In this document: in pieces, positions 11,316 through 20,000 of the stretch | How the letters are laid out: every line of letters begins with the position of its first letter | How positions within the stretch are numbered: the first letter of the stretch is position 1 | Assembly (NCBI GenBank): GCA_002256025.1 | Contig: NKIB01012388.1 | Coordinates: forward strand, 60,424-80,423 | Direction: 5' to 3' | Source of the DNA: Asterionella formosa | Taxonomy: Eukaryota | DNA length: 20,000 nt | Made by a program: the position numbers and the translations under genes | Notes under the pieces: model-generated | What the model saw: the letters and a program-made list of their open reading frames with translations, nothing else | What the model was told of the DNA's origin: nothing | The model's database searches: none

Positions 11316-12996
11316 TTAATTTATAGTTACAGGCATTGATGCAACATCTCGACTCCTGGCTGTTGACTTCGCAGCGTTGTAAGCAGCTGCCTTGGATGTG
11401 ACGTCATTGGTAGCATCTTCCTTGGGAGTAGCCTTGGCAGAAGGCTTGAGTGCGACAGAAGTCGCAGCAACAGTTCTTCGAGGAGCCTTCGCCCTCGTCT
11501 TTGCAGCTTTTTTGGAACACCCTTCTGTGACACTCGGGATTGTGTTGATACTGCTGTAACTATAGAAGCAGCCTTCTGTAAAGCTCCTCTCTTCGCACGC
11601 TTTCCTAACATATAAGGCAGGAGAAGGAGCTTCCAAGCGGGCATACTCTGACCTGATAGCTGCCTTCGCATTCATCACCTAGTCTGTCAGGCGATGAATG
11701 GACAGCATAAAAAGAAATCTGTGAATGAATAGTAAATGAATATGAATACAGCATATATACTAAACAAACATACCTTTTGCTTGCTTGTAGATGAAACTCT
11801 CAATTGGAAGAGCCATCGAGTAAACATAGGCTTGCTCTTCCAATTGATGATCAAGAAGATCATAATGAGGGACTGAAAGAAGACTCCCAGACAAATTTTT
11901 TTCCAACGCACGATGGGAAAGGTCTTGAAATTGGCTGGTTCTGTCATATCAGGTCCATAATTGTATGAATCAACTTCGCCATGCTCTTGTTCCTCTCATC
12001 ATGAAGAAGGCCTTCAAGAGAATAATTGATCATGTCCATCCAAGGAATAGGATTGCAGTGTATAAATCCCAAGGACTTATACCACTCAAATACAATGCCC
12101 AGCACCTGCGCGAAAACTGGTTGATGTTGGGAAGGACATCCTGAGTATGCACAGTTCCAGGCCTCCTCATTGATACACAGACAAGTAGCAGCTTGAATCA
12201 GCAGTTGACAAATGCCACGTTCGTTGTACTTGTGTAAATCATGGGTTGAGTTATAATGACTTGTCACTAGATAGTGAATACAAGCAATAGGAGTTGGAAA
12301 CTCTTTTTGCTCCACAACAACCAAAGCTACGGGCTTGAACTTCTTTTCCAAGTTCTCCCTCTCTTCAATGGTAATGACGAAGTTGCCATGAAGTTTCTTC
12401 TGTAGCTGGTTTGCGTATAATGCTTGGTTGGTAACGACTGAATTCCAATCATTACCAAAAGATTTGGATAAGAAATTCATAATCTCATTGATCTCCAAAG
12501 GGATATTAGAGGTGGCAAAGGTTTCAAGGGGAATTTGGGGGGTGATTCTAACTTTCCACTTGTACTGCTGGTGCCTATCATCAGCATTAGGGTCACGTAC
12601 ATTGATGTGACCAATGTACAATCTTCCTAGAGCCTCAAGACTTTTGATCACATGAGTGAAAAAAGCAAGAAAATAGAGCAGTGGATAATCCACGTGAGTC
12701 CTCTATCCCTCGTGGATCAGACTCATGTACTCAGGACTAAAGGGGACCAACCAATAGCGTTGAGGGAGAAAGGACTCATTCTTATTTGCGTTGATCAATC
12801 GAAGATAGAGTTTCTTCAATTGAGGATCTCTCTGGAAATCCTTGAACATCCCAATCTCAAGTAACTTGTCCACACTGCTGTCGCAAGTACTCTTAAAATG
12901 GTTAGCAGTGAAAGGAACACTGAAGTTTGTCTTGAAATGGTAATGAGGATACATAGTATCATCATATGATCCTCGAAAGGACAGAGAGCATTGCAC
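11316..12996 (-). pseudogene. Disrupted gene encoding a GNAT-fold acetyltransferase-like domain followed by a Lys/Ala-rich low-complexity tail
   Basis: ORFs 12703-12996 and 11944-12693 are in the same frame, separated by one TAG. They contain ACIHYLVT (beta4), YNERGICQLLIQ (motif A-like, RGIC at 12208-12219) and FEWYKSLGF (motif B-like, 12064-12090). A probable GTATGT...CTGACAG intron at 11773-11684 links to the 11316-11678 fragment. Confidence 0.6.
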
Positions 12997-13430
12997 ATCT
13001 TTTCTGGTCTGTTCTTCAGCGAGAAAGAAGTCTCGAAGAGAGAAAGGAAGGAGAGAATAGGAGAGTAACGCAATTGTCGCGAAAACGTGCGATTGGTAGA
13101 GAAAAATCGAGTCATGTGAGGACGGCTTGCAGTTTTACTGTGCCGGAAAACAGGCAGACAGCCAGTAATAGATGCAATATTTTTGTGTCCAAATCCGACC
13201 TGCGTCTAGTACCTAGATAAATAGTACAAGACAAATACTCAGAGTACTATAGACTATACAATACCTGGTACTTGTTTTTGCGCATGATTTACCTCAATCG
13301 CTGCTAGCTACTAGAAGTAGTAGTAGAACTTCTACTGTCATGCCATTCAGTAACTGTAGAATTTTGAAGGCGATGATGCTTGGTTACTAGTAGTGTAGCA
13401 ACTAACCGGTAAACCGGTAGACTACCAACA

Positions 13431-15270
13431 ATGGCCATTTTCAATATCAGCCAAAGGGAAAATGTCCACTTTTGCTAATAATGGTGTAACAAATCAGTGA
13501 TTGTTCGAGATCCAATTCCTATAAATCTCTGGTAGTAAGTTATTTCGGAAATCATGTAAAAACATATTCCGGAGCTGTCTCAGCCCGAGGCTTCCTCTGC
13601 ATCTGAAAATGAAAGCGACAATGCAGTCTCTAGTATTCCTGGAGCAGAGAACAGCAATTTCCCCTCCATTGATGAGGGTTAAAGTCTCATTTTATCAACT
13701 GATGGTAAGAAAAACATTTCGACTATTTTTGATATTAAGGATATTGAATAGAGTTTCTTCAATCTGAGTTCGAGAAAAGTAGAAAGGAGATTGAAGAGCT
13801 CCACGAAGTAACAGAGAAGCAAAGACTGCAACTTTCTGGTGGCATGGCATCGGAAGAGACAAGAAGCATTGGACCCGAAATGTTAGTCAATGGGTCAAAC
13901 TTGAACTATTCCCAAAAGTAAAGTTTATCACAGGTGATATTGACCTTGATGAAAGGGGGCCAACTAGTCTGGCACTCTCATTTCGTGCTCACTTTGCAAG
14001 GCTGATCATGGGAACTGATAAGGACTTGAAATCAATTTGGCAAACTGATAAGTATCTCGAGTCAATTTGGCAGACATATAAGAATGATATTAATAAAGTG
14101 ATGTCTGAAAAATAAATTCCATTGTTACCACTCTCAAACATGCCTTTGCTAGTAAGTAAACAACTTGACTTGGTATGCCTGATTTCTTCTTGACTTGTTA
14201 AACATACTCCTTGTTTACTAACAAATCATTCCATTCTTATCTACAAAATTCATGACTATTTCGTGATGGTATGCACATTCATCTGAATAGGTATACCATA
14301 TCCAACAGCCCTTGTGTTTCTATTCAGGAGCCAAGAATCATCCTTTCTGCGTCCTTCTAGTTGAATAATTTTATTCCAGGGTTGGGCGAAAGCTGTCTTG
14401 GAAACGACAGTGTGCTAAGAAGCATGTCAGTGACTTTGTAAGTGTTTCTGACGAGGTATAATTGTTGGGATGTCTGGTTGCATAAGGCAATGATGTACTA
14501 AGGTCATGAAGATGATGCTCCTGCACCAAAATACGTTTTTATCGTTACTGGAGGACAGGGAGAGAGATATTGGCGGGGCTGGGATGCAAAGGGATATACC
14601 AGGTTCAACATTCTGTATGACATAGTAGTTGTTCATCAAGGACAACTGCCATGAGCAGACAGTTGGAGATCAGCTTTAAGTCCAATCTTCTTGTTCTGGC
14701 TGGAGTTCCACAAGGTAAGTCACGTCGGGGAATAGAACAAAGTGGAATGTTTAATTGATGCTCATGGAAAATATTGCCTAACTGATGGACATTTTCATTG
14801 AAGTTATGCCAAGGCGGAATAACAGTGTGTCTGCCATTAGAGTTCGTAATGATCTAGTGGCCATTTCTCTTCCAGTTATCACAACTCCGGCATCTTCCAT
14901 CAGTGGATTGACTCCACAAGAAGTTATCTCAGGAAGAACTTCAGCAATAACAACTGGTAGTACTAAGAGTGCAATGAGTTCCAAGAGTGCAAATAGTTCG
15001 AACGTGATTATTCACTTTCCCCCAGACCAAGTCAAGGGTGCCATAGATTGGTACTTCCAAGAGATGAAGAAAAAGATGTATGTGGAGATGGGGATGAAGA
15101 AAACGAGTGAAATATAGAAGGCTTGTATTGACCAGAACATTGCACCCCCAGAACGTTTTGGAGACGAAATTAAAGAAGGGATGATGAATGATAAGAGCTA
15201 CATTAGAAAATTCGAGGAGGTTGCAGCAAAGGACAAGAGGAAATACAAAGTGGCAACAAAGCAAGATGAG
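13431..15270 (+). pseudogene. Degraded intron-containing gene of an uncharacterised family, probably a transposon accessory ORF
   Basis: Frame open at 13795-14115: WVKLELFPKVKFITGDIDL...IWQTYKNDINKVMSEK. Later pieces are SWKRQCAKKHVSDFVSVSDEV (SDE at 14447-14455) and APKY...RGWDAKGYTRFNILYDIV (GW at 14577-14582), then the Ser/Thr-rich ORF 14785-15117. Introns: GTAAGT at 14152 with TACTAAC at 14217 and an apparently mutated acceptor (~14246); GTAAGT at 14715 with CCTAAC at 14777 and AG at 14803. The start ATG at 13431 is tentative. Confidence 0.55.
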
Positions 15271-15271
15271 G

Positions 15272-16452
15272 TGACATCTCAATTTTGACTCACTACGGCG
15301 ACATGCATTGAATGATAAAATATGCATGCAACAGCTGTTCCTACACGAATTTAGGAATTCGATCTTTGACAGCTACTGGTACTCATCGTTTGTTTCTTTT
15401 TCTATTTTGTACTAGCTAGAGTTATCGATGTAGAATATTTGTAGCTGCTCTGAAATGGAGAAGGCCATTAAGGCACATCTCAATTTCGACTTACTTTGGC
15501 GGCATGTATTGAATGTTGAAATATGCAACAGCTGTCCCTTAACAAATTGAAGAATTCAATCGTTGACAGCTGCTCATCCTTTGATTCTTTCTCTATATTG
15601 TGATTGCTATAGATATTGCTTTGGACTATTGCTAGCTACTCCGAACCAGAGAAGGCCATTGCGGAACATCTCAATCTCGACTCACTACAGCGACATGCAT
15701 TGAATGTTAAAATATGCAACAGCTGATCCTAAACAATTTCAAGAATTCGATCTTTGATAACTACTCATCCTTTGCTTCTTTTTCTATGTTGTACTTGCCA
15801 GAGTTATCAATTTAGACTATTTGTAGCTACGTCAAAACGGAGGAGAAGGCCATTGAGGCACATCTCAATTCTGACTCACAACGGCGACATGCATTGAATG
15901 TTAAAATATGCATGCAACAGCTGTTCTAAACAAATTTACAAATTCAAGCTTTGACAGCTACTGGTACTCATAGTTTGCTTCTTTTTATACATTGTACTTG
16001 CTAGAGTTATCGCTGCAGACAAGTTGTAGCCGCTCCAAACCGGAGAAGGCCATTACAGCACATCTCAATTTTGACTATGTTAAAATATACAATAGCTGTT
16101 TCTAAACATTTTTAAGAACTCAATCGTTGAAAGCTGCTTATCCTTTGCTTCTTTCTCTATATTGTATTTGCTAGAGATATCGCTGAAGACAAGCTGTAGC
16201 AGCTCCGAACCGGCGAAGGCCATTGCAGCACATCTCAATTTCGACTAACTACGGCGACATGCATTGAATGTTAAAATATACAACAGCTGTTTCTAAACGA
16301 TTTTACGAATTCAATCGTTGACAGCTGCTCATCCTTTGCTTCTTTTTCTATATTGTAATTGCTAGAGATATCGCTGAAGACAAGTTGTAGCCACTCCGAA
16401 CCGGAGAAGGCCAGTGCGGCACATCTCAATTTCGACTCACAATGGCGACTTG
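15272..16452. repeat. Satellite-like tandem array, ~190 bp unit, 6 copies plus a partial seventh
   Basis: The anchor ACATCTCAAT occurs at 15274, 15475, 15666, 15860, 16060, 16230 and 16421 (periods 201, 191, 194, 200, 170, 191). Confidence 0.96.
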
Positions 16453-18670
16453 CAAGGCTCAACGTTTCTTTATTTCTAATCTGGCAGGGTACAGTAAACT
16501 CTACAATCAACAATGACTAAACAATGTGTCTACAACATTAAGTACTACTACTATGTGTGCTGAATTTTACTGTGTGAATCTTCCTCTTGCATGTGTTGTT
16601 CTTTGCCAGTTCAGATCAAAGAAATATGTTGGAGCGGAAAAAATAATAAGTGAATTGCAATTGGTGACTCTTTCGTTCATTAAATGGTGAAAGCAGCATA
16701 ATTTCGCTTTTATCCTATCGCGATGGCTAGTTGGACAACATATATTGTCACAAACACACAAAAGCATTGCTGTGATCACCTAATTATTCGAGAAGTGAAA
16801 TTAATTTTTGTTCAACCCAAATAAATTTCGGGAAAAGTAACATAATATTTTCGAAAAGTTCCATAAGTTTTTAGAAAAGTAGCATAAATATGTCACTTTA
16901 GACATAAATTCGAAAAAGTGCCAAAAACAGAAAGGCATCTTTGATGTTGATTACCCTTTCAAATCCTATCCGCTTTAAAGCTTGTTGAAATGGTCTTTAT
17001 TCCTTCCCAGAGGCTGGGTCTCTCTTCCATAGACTCTTATGTGCTCGTAGTACTACCTAGTACCAATTACTTTTTCTCTGCTGCTCTGCTTCTAGCCTTC
17101 CTCCTAGATAAACTGATTGACCTTGTCAAATAATACACTGTTTCCTCAATTGACAATCTAAACTCAAATTAAATTATAAGCTAAACGAAATGTTTCCTTT
17201 CCATGCATCTTTGCTTCCCACAAAGTTTTTTTAAGATTCTCTTCAAATTTCCATTAAACATTTCCATAGAAATCTTCAATCTTTGATCTCGTTAGACAGC
17301 TGATTGTTGTAGCAATGATGTATTCGACTCATTGGATTACAATCGAGTCCACAATCTTTGTGACTTGGGCTAATGTTCTTGACAAAGTACTTGAGTACGG
17401 GATTTACTGTACCAGGTACCGTTACCGCCTACAACTGGAGCAAATTTGTACCCTCGTTGTTTACATGCATGATCATCAGCGAGGACATGTCAAGAAAGCC
17501 AGCCTAACTTCATCCGGTAGGCATGGGACGAGTGATTGGGAGTGAGTCGAAACTGAATACCAGTGAGTGCGTCCTGGTACTACAGTACCGTACCGGTAAT
17601 TGATAAAAGTGTTTACCTGACCTTCTTCATGATACATACGGAGAGAAACAATTTTGGCTATCTTGGAAAGCGATCGTGGCTGGCGCATTCATCGCCTATC
17701 TAATACAAAGATAACCATTCATCTTTGTATTATATACCTGTATATATCATACAAATTACCAGTAGTAAAACGCTACGTATATACGTGTGTGAAACCAGCA
17801 GTCCGTACCTGGAAGATGTCTAGGGGTACCAGGTACCGGTGCCTTGTACCAGTACTCCGAGTTTCCTTCTAAAAGAGGCATTTGCATGCAACCGTCAATT
17901 ACATATCATGCATCATGGCCACTGTTTAACAGGAAAAAAGACCTGTTTACCTGGTATAACGTATCTTAAAATGAATATAAACTCCATGCATAGGTATGTA
18001 TATGAAAAAAATACACCAGCAAAGAAACAGTTTTCTTTCGCTCTACTGTGTGGTGCCTGTAACCTGGTTTGGTAGCTGCAAGTAGGTAACCGTGTACACC
18101 ACGTACTCACCTATTTAGAATTGTACCTTGTTCCGGGTAGGAGCACCAGTAGTCTACGTAGCACATCGCTCAAGATCTGGTAGCTGAGTACGTGTGTATC
18201 AGTTTCTCTTTAATATTCATTAATGAATAGCAGAGCAATAGAATTCACTTTTGTCGATCCCACAAAAGTATATGTCCGTTAGAGAGCCGGTATTAATAAA
18301 TTCGTTTCGACCGACCATTTGATTGCTAGTTAAGAAAGCGTTATTCAATGTATTCTTTCTTTAGGAATGCTATTGATTTACCGTCATTCCAAGTGAATAC
18401 ATATATGGTATGTCATTGGGCACTAACAGCTTTTGCGCAAACATACGGTGTACAAAAACGCTTGGATTTAGCGCCAATTTTGTGTCAAGATTTTTGGCGG
18501 CGGATTTTGACTTGACAGTAGTTTTTGTTCGCGGTATTTTGTACAACCAGATCTGCTCACTTTTCCACAAGTTGTGTTCCGACTCTTGCACCCGCCCTTC
18601 GACTTTTATCGTTTCTACCACTGCGTATAAACGGAGACGATCTAATCTAGTGAACAAAACTTAATTACAG

Positions 18671-18876
18671 GTAAGCCTGGAAGCCCGGCCGTGTTACCCG
18701 AATAAGGCAGGGACCCTTTTCCTTTGTAAGGTGCACCTAGCTTGACGTATTCTGATACTTAGCGGATTTGATCAAGTTGCTGGCGACCGTCACCTAGCTA
18801 AGCCCTTTACTATCACCGTAGTTGGAAAGCTAAATAATAAACTCAATCTTTCGTTTCCAACTCGTTCCTTTCGCAG
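18671..18876 (+). other. Putative 5'UTR spliceosomal intron of the SIT gene
   Basis: Donor CAG|GTAAGC at 18671. Branch-like GCTAAA at ~18829. A pyrimidine-rich tract ends TTCCTTTCGCAG| at 18876, 16 nt before the ATG at 18893. Predicted from sequence only. Confidence 0.55.
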
Positions 18877-18892
18877 AAGACTGGATACACAA

Positions 18893-20000
18893 ATGGGTGA
18901 CGAAATTGAACTTACCTTCGACGCTGCCAACGGAGCTACAGCCGTTATGCACCACGCTCCCGTCGAAATTCATGCCAATCACATTGACGGGAATGTGAAC
19001 CCTTTCAGCGCTCATGTCCCTGATGATGACGAAGAAGCCTCTGTCGGGGATGATGACATGGACCATACGTTGCCAATTGCGGATGAATACGGTAACCCTA
19101 TGCATTACCCTAACGAAGGAAAGGGCAAGTCGCTGGAATCCGGGGAGAAGAAAAAGGAGGCTTCTCGTTCTGTAATTGGGGCAGGTATTGAGTCTTTCAA
19201 GTACCTGTACTCGTGTGGCCTTTTGATCTTCTCTGTTGCCGTGGTCATGGCTGCTATCTTCACAAAGCAGACGGGAGGTACCGCAGACCGTGGCATTCCT
19301 CCTGTGGTTGCCTTCTTCCTCTTCTGGTTCCTCATCATCTGGCTCGCGATGATGGAGGGAGGACAGGGTGCTCTTGTCGGTCTTCAACCCATTGACAAAG
19401 CTCTCTATGCAGAATCCCATCCACGTGCTTTGAAAAACACTACCCTGGCCCATAAGGGAGACAACATGGAGCGATTCATTGTTGGGCGTCAATTTCTTGT
19501 TGTCCTCGTGGTTTTCCTTACGAATATGATGTCGTCACCGATCAAAGGTGCCAGTGTTTTTGGCATGTCCTCGGGTGCTTGCGATGTCTTTCTTGCTAAC
19601 GGTGTCGCCGTAATCTTGACTGTGATCATGATTGGTCAGTTGACTGCTCAGGTTAACGCAAGTAATTGCTTACTTGACTTCATCAACAACTATTTCATGT
19701 TGTTCACCACCTACGTCTCACTTGGCATTGAATTCTCCGGTCTCTTGCACTCGGTGTACCTTGTTCAGATCTTCTTCTCCAAGCTCACCGGAAAGCCAAT
19801 TGACTCTAATGAGCCACCCCGAAACGCCATGCAGAATCTGTTTTTCTGGGCCCGCGTCTTGCTGTCCCTCGCTGTTCTCGGATATGCCTTTGCTGTTACT
19901 CTTGGAGCGCTGTTTGCTGGAAAGACTACCATGTGGGACGGCATCCCATCGGCTGTCTCTGTCGTTGTCTTCTTCCTGCTCATGGCCTTTGTTGGAATGA
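18893..20000 (+). CDS. SIT: Silicon (silicic acid) transporter, SIT family; 5' part, runs off the window end
   Basis: Hand translation from the ATG at 18893 is open to 20000: MGDEIELTFD...FKYLYSCGLLIFSVAVVMAAIF...WLAMMEGGQGALVGLQPIDK...HPRALK...HKGDNMERFIVGRQFLVVLVVF...GQLTAQVNASNCLLDFINNYF...IEFSGLLHSVYL...SNEPPRN...FFWARV...TTMWDGIP...FFLLMAFVGM. The diagnostic EGxQ motif is at 19355-19366, GRQ at 19484-19492 and a CMLD-like CLLD at 19667-19678, among several hydrophobic TM segments. The ORF is probably absent from the supplied track because it has no stop in the window. Confidence 0.97.
   Translation, partial: MGDEIELTFDAANGATAVMHHAPVEIHANHIDGNVNPFSAHVPDDDEEASVGDDDMDHTLPIADEYGNPMHYPNEGKGKSLESGEKKKEASRSVIGAGIESFKYLYSCGLLIFSVAVVMAAIFTKQTGGTADRGIPPVVAFFLFWFLIIWLAMMEGGQGALVGLQPIDKALYAESHPRALKNTTLAHKGDNMERFIVGRQFLVVLVVFLTNMMSSPIKGASVFGMSSGACDVFLANGVAVILTVIMIGQLTAQVNASNCLLDFINNYFMLFTTYVSLGIEFSGLLHSVYLVQIFFSKLTGKPIDSNEPPRNAMQNLFFWARVLLSLAVLGYAFAVTLGALFAGKTTMWDGIPSAVSVVVFFLLMAFVGM

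Larger units (their letters stand above)
208..16930. mobile_element. Putative large decayed DNA transposon (or nested elements) of Plavaka/CMC type with cargo genes; boundaries approximate
   Basis: A transposase remnant, several equally decayed genes, internal tandem repeats and CpG depletion contrast with the intact CpG-rich SIT locus. No matching TIR pair or TSD was identified. Confidence 0.5.

Noticed and set aside
14014..14073. 30 bp tandem duplication (TDKDLKSIWQ / TDKYLESIWQ)
   Set aside because: It is real but is a minor in-frame local duplication inside a pseudogene.
15272..16452. CRISPR-like interpretation of the regular arrays (also 2345-2800)
   Set aside because: Whole units are repeated with no unique spacers, there are no cas genes, and the context is eukaryotic.
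18490..18510. TTTTTGGCGGCGG as a possible right TIR matching CAGCCGCCACAAAA at 208
   Set aside because: The match is short and imperfect, does not extend, and shows no TSD.
18370..18664. ORFs 18370-18657 (-) and 18410-18664 (+) upstream of SIT
   Set aside because: They have no recognisable motifs and most likely lie in promoter or 5'UTR sequence.
18830..19492. 220 aa minus-strand ORF, plus ORFs 19105-19338, 19213-19395, 19674-20000 and 19765-19983
   Set aside because: These are antisense or off-frame shadows of the SIT coding sequence.

Overview
Eukaryotic DNA, almost certainly from a diatom. The last 1.1 kb (18893 to the window end, + strand) is the intact 5' part of a silicon transporter (SIT) gene. 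It is missing from the supplied ORF track, has a long acidic/His-rich N-terminal extension and probably has a 5'UTR intron. Most of the preceding ~17 kb is CpG-depleted and looks like one or more decayed large DNA transposons. It contains a broken Plavaka/CMC(EnSpm)-like transposase (+), a tail-to-tail Ulp1/SENP-like cysteine protease remnant (-), a GNAT-fold acetyltransferase remnant (-) and a divergent intron-containing gene with FPKVKFI/SDE/GW..G..RFN motifs (+). Four tandem repeats (~118, ~550, ~268 and ~190 bp units) lie among these genes. The most interesting hypothesis is a giant cargo-carrying diatom transposon encoding both a SUMO/ubiquitin-like protease and an acetyltransferase. All family calls come from motif recognition by eye with no database search, and the element termini were not resolved.
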